From contig DASVOE010000077.1 in assembly GCA_036383515.1 (NCBI GenBank), positions 7,741-71,740 of the forward strand: a stretch of DNA of 64,000 nucleotides. Reading direction: 5' to 3'. Every line of letters begins with the position of its first letter. Position 1 is the first letter of the stretch. The notes under the pieces were generated by a model. That model saw nothing but the letters and a program-made list of their open reading frames with translations. It made no database searches and had not been told where the DNA came from. Below, in pieces: positions 18,692 through 29,026 of the stretch. The DNA comes from Chitinophagaceae bacterium (GTDB lineage: Bacteria; Bacteroidota; Bacteroidia; Chitinophagales; Chitinophagaceae). A program made the position numbers and the translations under genes.

Positions 18692-19339
18692 TTAAATTCT
18701 TTTCAACAGTTCAAGCAACGCCTTGTTCAGGTTGGTTATTGACTCTTTCATCTTCCAGTTTTTTTTATTTCTCTCACCCACATAGTTGCTGATGGCTCTT
18801 ATTTGCAGAAAAGGTATTTTTTCTGAAAGACAGGAATAATGCAAAGCGGCTCCTTCCATCGACTCAATGACCGGATCAAATAAGTCTTTATAAGCGGTTA
18901 TTCTTTTTTTATTAGTCGTGATCTCGTTTGCCGAAATCCCTTTTACTTTTCTCCCTTCCAATTTTTTTATCCATTCGCTTTTATTCACTAACCATTGCTG
19001 ACTAAACGGAAACTGGTTTGGTTTTATCAACCCCAGGTCAAAAAGTGTAGTGGGTTTTTTGTTTTCTATTACCAACAGATCGGCCACAATATCCTGTTTT
19101 ACCAAGACCACTTCACCTAATTCTGTTTGACGATCGAAACAGCCAGCTATACCGGCCTGTATTACCAGGTCGGGTCGTTTGACATGCAATTGTTTGGTCA
19201 ATGAATAAGTTGCGGCCGTTAATCCTATCCCCGTGATCAATACATCAATAGAATGGATAAAATCGTTAGCATCTTTCCGGTACTGCTCAATGAAGGGTTT
19301 AATCTCTGTTGTTGTGGCCGACGCCAGCAGGATATTCAT
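18692..19339 (-). CDS. mqnB: futalosine hydrolase (nucleoside phosphorylase fold)
   Basis: MTA/SAH-nucleosidase-like pattern (GIGLTAATY, ESMEGAALH, IRAISNYVGERN). Adjacent to mqnD. Confidence 0.75.
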   Translation of the reverse strand: MNILLASATTTEIKPFIEQYRKDANDFIHSIDVLITGIGLTAATYSLTKQLHVKRPDLVIQAGIAGCFDRQTELGEVVLVKQDIVADLLVIENKKPTTLFDLGLIKPNQFPFSQQWLVNKSEWIKKLEGRKVKGISANEITTNKKRITAYKDLFDPVIESMEGAALHYSCLSEKIPFLQIRAISNYVGERNKKNWKMKESITNLNKALLELLKRI

Positions 19340-19454
19340 GGCTGCAAAAATAATGGCTGTTTACGGGTTAATCCAATTATCTTCTGCAGGATTGCCCGGT
19401 TATATATAATGCAAACTATTATCCTTTCGGGTTTTACCACCCACCAATTTCTCT

Positions 19455-19462
19455 TACCTTTG
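19455..19462 (+). promoter_or_regulatory. candidate -7 promoter box (TAnnTTTG) for the pterin gene cluster
   Basis: TACCTTTG lies 54 nt upstream of the ATG at 19516. No clean -33 TTTG was seen. Confidence 0.3.
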
Positions 19463-19515
19463 CGCCTCACCAAATTCCTCCGCCCAATGCTGTGAGGAAT
19501 ACTAATAAGTGAAGC

Positions 19516-19926
19516 ATGGTTTACTTAACAAGATCTGAACACTTCAACGCCGCTCATAAATTATACAACCCGGCCTGGAGCTACGAAAAGAATGAGGAAG
19601 TTTTTGGGAAATGTGCCAACGAGAACTGGCATGGTCACAACTACGAATTATTTGTAACTGTAAAAGGCAATCCCGACCCGGATACAGGTTTTGTATTTGA
19701 TGTAAAGCGGCTCAGCAACATCATCAAAGAACAAGTCATTGAAAAAATAGATCACCGCAATCTGAATGTGGATGTGGAATTTATGCAGGGAAAAATGTGC
19801 AGTACCGAGAACCTGGTCATTGCTATCTGGGGTGAGTTGCAACCACATTTACCGGCAGGGGTACAATTATATGCGCTAAAGTTGTATGAAACACCCCGCA
19901 TTTATGTAGAATATTTTGGTGAATAA
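19516..19926 (+). CDS. 6-pyruvoyl-tetrahydropterin / 6-carboxytetrahydropterin synthase family (COG0720), paralog 1
   Basis: FNAAHKL, GKCANENWHGHNYEL (Cys-x5-HGH) and LYETPRIYVEY. Confidence 0.85.
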   Translation: MVYLTRSEHFNAAHKLYNPAWSYEKNEEVFGKCANENWHGHNYELFVTVKGNPDPDTGFVFDVKRLSNIIKEQVIEKIDHRNLNVDVEFMQGKMCSTENLVIAIWGELQPHLPAGVQLYALKLYETPRIYVEYFGE

Positions 19927-20038
19927 TCCCGGCAAGGCAAACCTTTTCTTTTTTACCCTGTTATTCTGAAAATTGCCTGATCTGTATTGCTTACAATATC
20001 CTGAAATCTATCAGCTGATAATTTCGTAATTTGAATGT

Positions 20039-20455
20039 ATGAGCAAAAAAGTAGCTGTTTACAGAAAGGAGCATTTTAATGCAGCCCACCGGTTATTCAA
20101 CCCGGAATGGGATGATATAAAAAATGAAGAAGTGTTTGGTAAATGCGCTTTGCCCCATTACCACGGTCATAATTATGAACTTGAAGTGAAAGTAGTGGGC
20201 CGGCCTGATAAGAAAACGGGGTATGTGATGGATCTGAAAATACTCAGCGATCTTATTAAACAGGAAATTCATTCGAGGTTTGATCACAAGAATCTTAACC
20301 TTGACACCAAAGAATTCAAAGAAGTGAATCCAACAGCGGAAAATATTGTAGTGGTGATTTATAAATTATTACGTCCGCATATTGATAAAAAAATGGACCT
20401 GCAGGTAAGGTTGTATGAAACACCAAGGAACTTTGTAGAATATCCCGTGCAATAA
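20039..20455 (+). CDS. 6-pyruvoyl-tetrahydropterin / 6-carboxytetrahydropterin synthase family (COG0720), paralog 2
   Basis: [22 protein letters not shown] and [11 protein letters not shown]. It is a tandem paralog of 19516-19926. Confidence 0.85.
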   Translation: MSKKVAVYRKEHFNAAHRLFNPEWDDIKNEEVFGKCALPHYHGHNYELEVKVVGRPDKKTGYVMDLKILSDLIKQEIHSRFDHKNLNLDTKEFKEVNPTAENIVVVIYKLLRPHIDKKMDLQVRLYETPRNFVEYPVQ

Positions 20456-20481
20456 CAGTTACTAAAACCAGCAATAAAAAT

Positions 20482-21078
20482 ATGGCCTATAAACGAGTAG
20501 AACATTACGATGAAAAGACAACAGCGGATCTGATTAAAAATTATAAAGAAGCCATTGGTTTATTAGGCGAAGACCCGGAAAGAGAAGGCTTGCATAAAAC
20601 GCCGGAACGGGTAGCCAAAGCCATGCAATATCTTACGCAGGGATACCAACTGGATGCACATGCTATTCTTGACTCTGCAAAATTTCATGAACCCATAAGT
20701 GAAATGATCGTGGTAAAAGATATTGAAGTATATAGTATGTGCGAACATCACATGTTACCCTTTTTTGGTAAAGCGCATGTGGCCTATATTCCCAATGGAT
20801 GGATCACCGGGTTGAGCAAGATAGCGAGAGTGGTTGATGTGTATGCCCGCCGTATGCAGGTGCAGGAACGATTGACCATCGAGATCATGAATGCCATAAA
20901 AGATACATTGAATCCATTGGGAGTAGCCGTGGTGATAGAAGCGCAGCATTTATGCATGATGATGAGGGGAGTGCAAAAACAGAATTCAGTAACTACCACT
21001 TCGGCTTTTGATGGTGAATTCCAGAAAAACCCCACCCGCAGTGAGTTTTTAAAACTGATTACGGCTCGTCTTAGTTGA
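20482..21078 (+). CDS. folE: GTP cyclohydrolase I
   Basis: [11 protein letters not shown] signature and QERLT motif. Length is 198 aa. Confidence 0.93.
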   Translation: MAYKRVEHYDEKTTADLIKNYKEAIGLLGEDPEREGLHKTPERVAKAMQYLTQGYQLDAHAILDSAKFHEPISEMIVVKDIEVYSMCEHHMLPFFGKAHVAYIPNGWITGLSKIARVVDVYARRMQVQERLTIEIMNAIKDTLNPLGVAVVIEAQHLCMMMRGVQKQNSVTTTSAFDGEFQKNPTRSEFLKLITARLS

Positions 21079-21175
21079 TTGTCAACTATATTCTTAATAA
21101 ATGCCACAAAGATTTTTCTAATTAAAACCTTTATGGCATTTTTGTTTGGATTAACCATCACTCTTTATTATTAAT

Positions 21176-22066
21176 ATGAAGCATGCATTTGTATTTCCCG
21201 GGCAGGGTTCGCAATTTCCGGGAATGGGAAAAGAGCACTATCAGAATAGCGCCTTCGCCAAAAGACTTTTTGAGCAGGCAAATGAAGTGCTGGGCTTTCG
21301 CATGTCGGATATTATGTTCAATGGTAGTGAAGAAGATCTCAGGCAAACCAATGTTACACAACCCGCCGTTTTTTTACATTCTGTTATCGCTTACCGGAGC
21401 ATAGAACAAACATCACCTGATATGGTGGCGGGTCATTCGCTTGGTGAATTTTCTGCATTGGTGGCAAATGGCACGTTGAGTTTTGATGATGCCATGCGAT
21501 TAGTAGCCATACGGGCAAGAGCTATGCAGAAAGCCTGCGAAATGAAACCTTCTACCATGGCAGCTGTGTTAGGATTAGCAGATGAAAAAGTAGAAGCGAT
21601 CTGCAAAGAAGTGCAGCAGGAAACAGGCGAGGTGGTTGTTCCTGCCAATTATAACTGTCCGGGCCAGTTAGTAATAAGCGGCTCACTTAAAGGAATTGAT
21701 ATTGCCTGTGAAAAAATGAAAGCAGCAGGTGCCAAAAGAGCATTGGTATTGCCCGTAGGAGGCGCCTTTCATTCACCGTTGATGGCTCCTGCAAAAGATG
21801 AACTGCAGGCTGCGATTGAATCCACAAAATTCCATAGTCCTACCTGTGCTGTTTACCAGAACGTGGTAGCAAAAGGTGTAATGGATAGTGAAGAGATAAA
21901 ACAAAACCTGATCGATCAGTTGACAGGCCCGGTACGCTGGACACAAAGTGTGCAGGCAATGATAGCTGATGGCGCTTACAAATTTACTGAAGCTGGTCCC
22001 GGAAAAGTGTTGCAGGGACTGATATTGAAGATCAATAAAGAAATGCAGGTGGATGGAGTAAGTTAA
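21176..22066 (+). CDS. fabD: ACP S-malonyltransferase
   Basis: FPGQGSQ start, GHSLGE active site and GAFHSPLM. Confidence 0.93.
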   Translation: MKHAFVFPGQGSQFPGMGKEHYQNSAFAKRLFEQANEVLGFRMSDIMFNGSEEDLRQTNVTQPAVFLHSVIAYRSIEQTSPDMVAGHSLGEFSALVANGTLSFDDAMRLVAIRARAMQKACEMKPSTMAAVLGLADEKVEAICKEVQQETGEVVVPANYNCPGQLVISGSLKGIDIACEKMKAAGAKRALVLPVGGAFHSPLMAPAKDELQAAIESTKFHSPTCAVYQNVVAKGVMDSEEIKQNLIDQLTGPVRWTQSVQAMIADGAYKFTEAGPGKVLQGLILKINKEMQVDGVS

Positions 22067-22136
22067 GTAGAGTTACAGGTTGAGGATTATGAGTTATGGG
22101 AATTTTCTTCCGGCAACAATGATTATCATTCATTAC

Positions 22137-22586
22137 CTAAACATAGATCGAACAGTTCAGCCACCCGCCATCAAAATCTGCTTTGTATTTTTTATAAAAA
22201 TTAATAGCCGGCTCATTCCAGTCCAGTACCTGCCAGATGATGCGTTTTAATTTCTTTTCTTTGGCTTCTTCGATCAATTGTTCAAATAAAAACTTTCCGA
22301 TTTTTTTACCCCTCATTGATTCGGTTACAATAATATCTTCTAAATACATGGCTTGTCCCTTCCATGTTGAGTAGCGGATATAATACAAAGCGAATCCCTG
22401 TATCACTCCTTCCATTTCGGCAACAAAAGCCCACCACACAGGTTTTTCGCCAAACCCGCTTTCTGCAAAATGTTCCATCGTTACCGTTACATCATTGGGT
22501 GCTTTTTCATAGATTGCCAGCTCCGTGATGAGTTCCATCAATCGTGGGCAATCTTCTTTTACTGCTCTTCGGATTGTAATGTCCAT
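22137..22586 (-). CDS. GNAT-family N-acetyltransferase
   Basis: Acetyl-CoA binding pattern MRGKKIGKFLFEQL. Length is 149 aa. Confidence 0.8.
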   Translation of the reverse strand: MDITIRRAVKEDCPRLMELITELAIYEKAPNDVTVTMEHFAESGFGEKPVWWAFVAEMEGVIQGFALYYIRYSTWKGQAMYLEDIIVTESMRGKKIGKFLFEQLIEEAKEKKLKRIIWQVLDWNEPAINFYKKYKADFDGGWLNCSIYV

Positions 22587-22593
22587 AAATAAT

Positions 22594-23814
22594 TTATGCT
22601 AATGCTTGTTGAAGATCATTAATAATATCGGCCAGGTTTTCAATGCCCACATTCATTCGTATCAACCCATCGGTGATGCCATATTTTTCTTTTTCTTCCC
22701 TGGGCACACTGTAATGGGTCATGGAAGCTGGATGAGAAAGCAACGTATCGCAGGTGCCGAGTGAAACGGTTCGCACACACATCTTCAGCCTGTTCATAAA
22801 ATCAATACCGCCCTGTAAACCTTTTTTCAATTCAAAACTCAGCATCGCACCCGGATGCCGCATTTGTTTCATTGCTGTATAATGATCGGGATGGTCAGCC
22901 AGGCCGGTATAATTTACTTTTGCTACGGCAGGATGTGATTCGATGAAATGTGCCACTTCCATGGCGTTGTGGCAATGACGTTCCATCCGCAGCTCCAGTG
23001 TTTTCATGCCATTGATCAGCAGGAATGCATCAAAGGGATTGGCATTTCCGCCCAACGTTTTAGCCATCGTGTAAACTTTCGTCCGCATGAATTCAATATC
23101 TTTTCCCAACAAAATTCCTCCGATGGCGGTGCCATGTCCATTCAAAAATTTGGTAGTGGAGTGAACAACGAAATCCACATCATATTTGAAAGGTTGTTGC
23201 AGGTATGGTGTGGCAAACGTATTATCACAGGCAACGATGATGTTATTTTGATGAGCCAGTTTACTTAGTTCTTCAATAGCTACACATTGAATAGTAGGAT
23301 TAGCTGGTGTTTCAATATAAAGCATTTTTATAGCCGGATCTTTCTTAATCGCTTCTTCGGCTTTGCTCATGTCACGCAGGTCTGTAATGATAGCGGTTAT
23401 GCCCAACGTAGGCAACACTTTGCTCATGATCTCTTCGGTGCCGCCATAAAGTGAATAATGACTTAATATTTTATCACCGGGTTTTAATGTTGATAATAGC
23501 AGGGTAGTAATAGCTGCCATACCGGAAGCATGAAGTATCCCTTTCAATTCCAGTGGAGAACCATTTGCGGTGATACCAAAAGCTTCTAAAGCGGCGATCT
23601 TGTTTTCTGCTTCCGAAAAAGTTGGGTTTCCCCAGCGGGAATAGATATAGCCTTCTTCTTTGCCACTAAAGCGGCGCATTCCCTGTTCTGCTTCATCAAA
23701 TACAAATGTGCTGCTGGCATAAATGGGAACCAGGTGAGCATACATCGGGTCTTGTGTATGTCCGCCGTGAACAGCAACCGAACCCCAGCCTGAAAGTGGA
23801 AAACTTTTATCCAT
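22594..23814 (-). CDS. Cys/Met-metabolism PLP-dependent enzyme (methionine gamma-lyase / O-acetylhomoserine sulfhydrylase-like)
   Basis: PLP-lysine motif HSTTKFLNGHG. Length and overall pattern fit the trans-sulfuration family. Confidence 0.85.
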   Translation of the reverse strand: MDKSFPLSGWGSVAVHGGHTQDPMYAHLVPIYASSTFVFDEAEQGMRRFSGKEEGYIYSRWGNPTFSEAENKIAALEAFGITANGSPLELKGILHASGMAAITTLLLSTLKPGDKILSHYSLYGGTEEIMSKVLPTLGITAIITDLRDMSKAEEAIKKDPAIKMLYIETPANPTIQCVAIEELSKLAHQNNIIVACDNTFATPYLQQPFKYDVDFVVHSTTKFLNGHGTAIGGILLGKDIEFMRTKVYTMAKTLGGNANPFDAFLLINGMKTLELRMERHCHNAMEVAHFIESHPAVAKVNYTGLADHPDHYTAMKQMRHPGAMLSFELKKGLQGGIDFMNRLKMCVRTVSLGTCDTLLSHPASMTHYSVPREEKEKYGITDGLIRMNVGIENLADIINDLQQALA

Positions 23815-23944
23815 TGTAAGAAGATGTAATAAGAAATTTGATTGTTTATTTTCCGGATCGCAGCAAAGCTAAATGAAATGAACGGTAAAATTTTTTCACA
23901 ATACATTTAATGTAGCGATACATTTACAAAAATCACCACCTCAC

Positions 23945-24436
23945 ATGAAGGAATTGCTGAAACAACTGGCTGTTTATAACGTATGGGCACATCAAAAGAT
24001 CATGGAAACTATTTTATTATTGCCCGAAGAAAAACAACTGGCAGAAATGCCCAGCAGTTTTACCAGCCTTCAAAAAACGATATTGCACATGTGGGATGCA
24101 GAAAGCATCTGGTGGCAGCGTATGAAATTGCATGAACGGTTTATAAGACCCAGCGATAATTTTAAAGGCACAACAAGAGATGTGGTAAATGGATTGATGA
24201 GCCAGTCAAAACTGTGGGAGGGATGGGTAAGCAATGTTTCTGAATCTATGCTGGAGCATGTTTTCGAGTTCAGAAATCAAAAAAAGGAACAAATAAAAAT
24301 GCCGATCTGGCAAATGCTCACGCATGTTTTCAATCATGGCACTTATCACCGGGGACAACTGGTGAATATGCTGCGCCAGGCGGGAGTGGATAAAATACCA
24401 CAGACGGATTTTTCCGCATGGGTGAGAAAAAAATAA
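23945..24436 (+). CDS. DinB-family protein
   Basis: Four-helix metal-binding pattern with HMWDAE and HVFNHGTYHRGQ. Confidence 0.75.
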   Translation: MKELLKQLAVYNVWAHQKIMETILLLPEEKQLAEMPSSFTSLQKTILHMWDAESIWWQRMKLHERFIRPSDNFKGTTRDVVNGLMSQSKLWEGWVSNVSESMLEHVFEFRNQKKEQIKMPIWQMLTHVFNHGTYHRGQLVNMLRQAGVDKIPQTDFSAWVRKK

Positions 24437-24462
24437 ATCAAAAACAAACCAGGTTAAGCGCT

Positions 24463-25230
24463 TTATATCCATCCATACCTGATGGCTTTGCCGATTAATT
24501 CACTGGTATTACTTAACTTCTTCTTGTGAAGCATATTTTTGCGATGCGTGTCTACTGTCTGCTTACTGATTTTTAATATACTGCTGATCTCTTTACTTGG
24601 TTTACCCTCGATTAAAAGTTTGAGTACTTGTTTCTCCCGACCGGTTAAATCTTCTTTACTCTCAATAAAAACATTATTCGAGGCAACATCCAGATAAGAG
24701 GGCTCTCCATCCATTCCGATAAAAGATAGAACTGGTTTCCCTTCCTGCTTGAGATAAGATATATCTGAATGAACACTCAGGGTTCTTAAAAATCTTCCCT
24801 GCTTATCATGTTCCAGCAATATACCCTGGTAAAGTATCCGGGCATACTCACCATTCTTTTTCATCATCCGGATATCGTATCTCACTTTATACTTCATCAA
24901 TTTATCTAATGGTAATTGTGAAAAAAATTCCACTATACCACTTCCAATTGCTAAAAACCAGGAGCGGTCATCGGGATGGAGTTTGCCGTTCATAAACGGA
25001 ATAGTGAACTCGGATAGCTCATATCCCATTACGTCTTTCATTTCTTTACTTACAAATTCAAAAGTTAAACTATGGTGGTCAATTATAAAATAATAGGAAT
25101 CACCAATGAGAAAAAAATTCCATAGTTTTTTATAAAGATCCAGTTCAAAATTCAATAAGCTGGGAGCAGATTCATTGCCAAGCCATTTGAATATTTTATT
25201 GAACTCAAGATTGAAAGAATCTTCTTTCAT
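24463..25230 (-). CDS. LuxR-family transcriptional regulator with an N-terminal PAS-like sensory domain
   Basis: C-terminal HTH LTGREKQVLKLLIEGKPSKEISSILKISKQTVDTHRKN. The N-terminal region of about 170 aa is PAS-like. No receiver domain is present. Confidence 0.8.
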   Translation of the reverse strand: MKEDSFNLEFNKIFKWLGNESAPSLLNFELDLYKKLWNFFLIGDSYYFIIDHHSLTFEFVSKEMKDVMGYELSEFTIPFMNGKLHPDDRSWFLAIGSGIVEFFSQLPLDKLMKYKVRYDIRMMKKNGEYARILYQGILLEHDKQGRFLRTLSVHSDISYLKQEGKPVLSFIGMDGEPSYLDVASNNVFIESKEDLTGREKQVLKLLIEGKPSKEISSILKISKQTVDTHRKNMLHKKKLSNTSELIGKAIRYGWI

Positions 25231-25801
25231 AAGCTACTTTTTTACTGCCTGATAAGTTTAAAACCGAAGAGGATAAGGTTCAATCGGGTATATCTTTTAT
25301 CTCTTATTCTATAAAATCGCTTACGTATGGTGCGGAGAGATTAGCAAATTACTAAAAGCGGGTATACCCACAAATAGGTATTTTTTACGACTGGGATCAA
25401 AGTTACATTTGTCGACAAATTTTTAAAATTAAATAAGTCAACGTTTATTGTCCGGTAAATTACGATACGAACCGGATATTGATCTTATATCCCGGAAATA
25501 TCTATTGATAACCTAATAGCAGATCATTACCCTTAAAATGAGAATCTCCTGGTTTTGTCCCTGGTTAGCATGAAAAGGTCACTCGCTGAAACTAGTCTAT
25601 CTCGCAGGGACTATTAGTTGTTTTGAAAGCTGGCTTATTTTCTTTTAGCCAACTGCTTCAAAAAATAAAGCCTATGAGATGGATGTTTAAATACCCTCAA
25701 TGGATGGGCTTAGCTGCCTTACACCTGGGAGTAGTTTGGATCGGTCATTTATAATAGCCCATTATGTTCACATATAATTTCTGAACCATCAAAATTAATT
25801 T

Positions 25802-27169
25802 ATGAAAAAGAAAATTTTACATGCTGGCCTGTTGATTGCATTTCTATCGGTTTTCAATTTTGCCTGTCAAAAACAAATTGATCAACCTTCCAGCCACGAA
25901 GAGATTGCTACCGTGGCTAATAAGGGTCAGGGTCATTTAAAACAAACCAAAACTTTCTCTTCTGATGTGGTCAGAAGTTGGATAAACATGCAGCTGGTAA
26001 TGTTGCGGCTTCCTTTGCCGGCAGGTACAGGAGCACAAGGTACTGACAGATCGCAGGGATATACCGGCATTGCTTTATATGAAGCTGTAGTACCAGGCAT
26101 GCCTGCTTACCAATCACTTGTCGGGCAGCTCACCAATTTCCCCGAAATGCCTTCCACAGAACCGGGCAAAACTTATCATTGGGCCGCAAGTGCCAATGCT
26201 GCGCTGGCAGAAATTAGCAGGCGGCTATTTCCCACCACGGCTAATGCGAACAAAACAGCGATAGACAACCTGGAAAATAGTTTGAAAACTGGTTATGCTA
26301 ACGAAGCAGATGCAGCTACACTTGAACGTTCTATCGCATTTGGAAAAGAGGTAGCCACAAGGGTCGCTAATTGGGCTGCAACAGATGGTTCTGCAAATGT
26401 TAATCCTCCTTATGTTGCCCCGGTTGGCTTCGGACTTTGGATACCAACCGCTCCTCCTCCAGCCGCTGCGGTTAACCCCTACGCATATCAACGCAGGTTG
26501 ATGGTTCCGGGCTCTGACGCTGGTACTGCATTAGCGCCTCCTCCTCCTTTCTCCACAAATCCTTCTTCAGCATATTATGCGATGGTAAAAAGAGTATATG
26601 ACGCTTCACTTGTTTTAACAACCGATCAAAAAGCCATGGCTGATTATTTTAAAGATAATCCCGGTTATGGAGCTGGCGGAGGATTTGTTTGGGTGCTGCA
26701 GGAGGCCTTGAGGATAGCTCAGCCTACGCTGGACCAGGCAGCGCTTACTTATGCTAAAGTCGGTATGGCGCAGCATGATGTCACCATTGTGCTCTTTACC
26801 AATAAATATAACTTCCTTACCATGCGCCCGGTAACTTATATAAGGGCAAACATAAATCCAACCTGGAATACTTATATTCCCACGCCTAATCACCCTGAGT
26901 TTCCTTCCGGCCACGCTACTACAAACGGTGCTGTTCTCACCATGATGAGCAATAGTTTTGGAGAAAATTTCCCCATGACACTTCATACTTACGATTATCT
27001 TGGTTATGCTCCCAGGCATTACAATACATTTACGGAGATGGGAACAGATATGGCAGACAGCAGGGTCTATGGCGGCTTGCATTACGTGGAAACCCAGGAA
27101 AAAAGCTTAGTACAGGGTAAAAAAGTTGCACAAAACATTTTAAACACAATAAAATTTTTGAAAGAGTAA
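25802..27169 (+). CDS. PAP2-superfamily protein, vanadium-dependent haloperoxidase-like
   Basis: Lipoprotein-like signal (FNFAC) and PAP2 motifs K-x6-RP (KYNFLTMRP), PSGH (FPSGHAT) and SR-x5-H (SRVYGGLH). Confidence 0.75.
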   Translation: MKKKILHAGLLIAFLSVFNFACQKQIDQPSSHEEIATVANKGQGHLKQTKTFSSDVVRSWINMQLVMLRLPLPAGTGAQGTDRSQGYTGIALYEAVVPGMPAYQSLVGQLTNFPEMPSTEPGKTYHWAASANAALAEISRRLFPTTANANKTAIDNLENSLKTGYANEADAATLERSIAFGKEVATRVANWAATDGSANVNPPYVAPVGFGLWIPTAPPPAAAVNPYAYQRRLMVPGSDAGTALAPPPPFSTNPSSAYYAMVKRVYDASLVLTTDQKAMADYFKDNPGYGAGGGFVWVLQEALRIAQPTLDQAALTYAKVGMAQHDVTIVLFTNKYNFLTMRPVTYIRANINPTWNTYIPTPNHPEFPSGHATTNGAVLTMMSNSFGENFPMTLHTYDYLGYAPRHYNTFTEMGTDMADSRVYGGLHYVETQEKSLVQGKKVAQNILNTIKFLKE

Positions 27170-27180
27170 ACTGTAAAAAT

Positions 27181-27216
27181 AAAGTTGCCTGACATTTTTA
27201 TAAGCCAGGCAACTTT
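27181..27216. terminator. bidirectional rho-independent terminator between convergent genes
   Basis: AAAGTTGCCTG / CAGGCAACTTT, an 11-bp stem, flanked by A/T runs. Confidence 0.7.
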
Positions 27217-27288
27217 ATTTCAACAATCGTAGAGATGATATCAATCTACATGATCAATATATACTTAACGAGGATATATAAAGAGTTC

Positions 27289-28281
27289 TTAATAACCCCA
27301 CTTCACTAATGTAGCTCCCCAGGTAAACCCACCTCCGAAAGCAGCTAACACAATATTGTCTCCTTTCTTCAATTTGTTTTCCCACTCCCATAAACAAAGC
27401 GGAATAGTGCCGGCTGTGGTATTACCAAATTTCTGGATATTGATCATCACTTTTTCCCGTGGTAATCCCATCCGGTTGGCAGTAGCATCAATGATACGCA
27501 GGTTGGCCTGGTGAGGCACCAGCCAGGCAATATCTTCACCCGTTAAATTATTTCTTTCTAATAACTCAGCACTTACATCGGCCATACCCTTTACTGCAAA
27601 TTTGAAAACAGGCTGTCCATCCTGGAAAGCAAAATGTTCTTTGGCTGTTACTGTTTCTATACTTGCAGGTTTCAATGATCCGCCAGCTTTCATGTGCAGG
27701 TATTGACAACCGCTGCCATCGCTTCTTAAAATGCTGTCCTGTATTCCATAACCATCTTCATTCGGTTCCAATAAAACAGCACCAGCTCCGTCGCCAAAGA
27801 TGATACAGGTGGCCCTGTCGCTATAATCAATGATGGCGCTCATTTTATCAGCGCCACATACCACTACTTTTTTATAACGGCCACTTTCAATCAATGTAGC
27901 GCCAAGTGTCAATGTATATAAGAAACCTGAACAGGCGGCCGATACATCAAACCCCCACGCATTTTTAGCGCCCAGTTTATCACAAGCAATATTAGCAGTA
28001 GCAGGAAAGACCATGTCTGGTGTAACCGTGCCTACGATCAAACAATCAATCTCTTCCGGACTTATGCCTCTTTTCTCACATAATTGTTTTACAGCCGGCA
28101 CTACCATATCGGAAGTAGCTTTGCCCTCGCCTTTTAAAATTCTTCTTTCAGAAATACCGGTACGGGTACGAATCCATTCATCATTCGTATCCACCATTTT
28201 TTCCAAATCAAAATTCGTCAGTTTGTCTTCTGGAACATATCCGCCAACAGCAGTAATGGCGGCAGTGATTTTTTTGCTCAT
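27289..28281 (-). CDS. fabH: beta-ketoacyl-ACP synthase III
   Basis: Start [17 protein letters not shown], active-site [15 protein letters not shown] and [12 protein letters not shown] 28281 is preferred over the upstream extension. Confidence 0.92.
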   Translation of the reverse strand: MSKKITAAITAVGGYVPEDKLTNFDLEKMVDTNDEWIRTRTGISERRILKGEGKATSDMVVPAVKQLCEKRGISPEEIDCLIVGTVTPDMVFPATANIACDKLGAKNAWGFDVSAACSGFLYTLTLGATLIESGRYKKVVVCGADKMSAIIDYSDRATCIIFGDGAGAVLLEPNEDGYGIQDSILRSDGSGCQYLHMKAGGSLKPASIETVTAKEHFAFQDGQPVFKFAVKGMADVSAELLERNNLTGEDIAWLVPHQANLRIIDATANRMGLPREKVMINIQKFGNTTAGTIPLCLWEWENKLKKGDNIVLAAFGGGFTWGATLVKWGY

Positions 28282-28408
28282 CGTGTGGTTGAATTTTTTC
28301 CCATAAAAGTGCTCAAAGGTAAGGCAAACGGGCAATTGACAATAGACAAGAGAGTAAGTCGTTTCATTTGCGTATTGTCTATTGCTCATTGCCCATTATA
28401 TTGCAGCC

Positions 28409-28990
28409 ATGATCGCATTCCTGAAAGGAGATTTTGTGTACAAGAGTCCTGCCGTTGTTCATGTTGATGTGAATGGAGTGGGATACGAAGTACAGATCAG
28501 CCTCCATACTTATACAAAAATACAGGGGCTTGATAAGGGCATGCTGTACACCAGCCTTCTCATCCGCGAAGATGCTCATATCCTCTACGGCTTTTTTGAC
28601 CTGGCTGAAAAAGAAATGTTTCAGCAAATAATAGCGGTATCAGGAATAGGTGCCTCTACGGCGAGAGTCATGTTGTCGTATATGAAACCGGAAGAACTGG
28701 CCCGGGCCATTGTGCAGGCCGATACGAAGACACTCGAAGGCATAAAAGGGATAGGTAAAAAAACAGCCGAACGCATGGTGGTAGAGTTGAGAGATAAGCT
28801 CACTAAGCAGTCATTTGAATCAAATATTTCACCCATGAAAAACAATACTTTGCAACAAGATGCGTTAAATGCCTTGACGGCTTTGGGCATCAGCAGACAG
28901 GCTGCCGAACAGGCGGTTCAAAAGACGCTGACAACCGAACCTCAGCTATCCGTTGAGGAACTGATCAAGAAAGCACTTCGTACCTTATAA
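28409..28990 (+). CDS. ruvA: Holliday junction branch migration protein RuvA
   Basis: MIAFLKGDFVYKS start and the HhH pair (VSGIGASTARVML, IKGIGKKTAERM). Confidence 0.92.
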   Translation: MIAFLKGDFVYKSPAVVHVDVNGVGYEVQISLHTYTKIQGLDKGMLYTSLLIREDAHILYGFFDLAEKEMFQQIIAVSGIGASTARVMLSYMKPEELARAIVQADTKTLEGIKGIGKKTAERMVVELRDKLTKQSFESNISPMKNNTLQQDALNALTALGISRQAAEQAVQKTLTTEPQLSVEELIKKALRTL

Positions 28991-29026
28991 ATCCACTATT
29001 TCCGGAACTAATTGATTTAAGAGACA

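Noticed and set aside
19340-19515. Possible preQ1 or THF-type riboswitch upstream of the QueD-like/folE cluster.
   Set aside because: Only a generic 7-bp hairpin (ATTCCTC...GAGGAAT, 19474-19500) is present. I could not find the compact preQ1-I hairpin with its A-rich tail or any other riboswitch core I know.
23815-23944. Possible SAM riboswitch upstream of the Cys/Met PLP enzyme.
   Set aside because: The 130-bp divergent intergenic region is too short and lacks the conserved SAM-I/II elements. It looks like plain promoter DNA.
25674-25754. 26-codon hydrophobic mini-ORF (MRWMFKYPQWMGLAALHLGVVWIGHL) just upstream of the haloperoxidase-like gene.
   Set aside because: Nothing supports it beyond being an open frame, and there is no second copy or homolog to test conservation against. 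It is too short to call from sequence alone.
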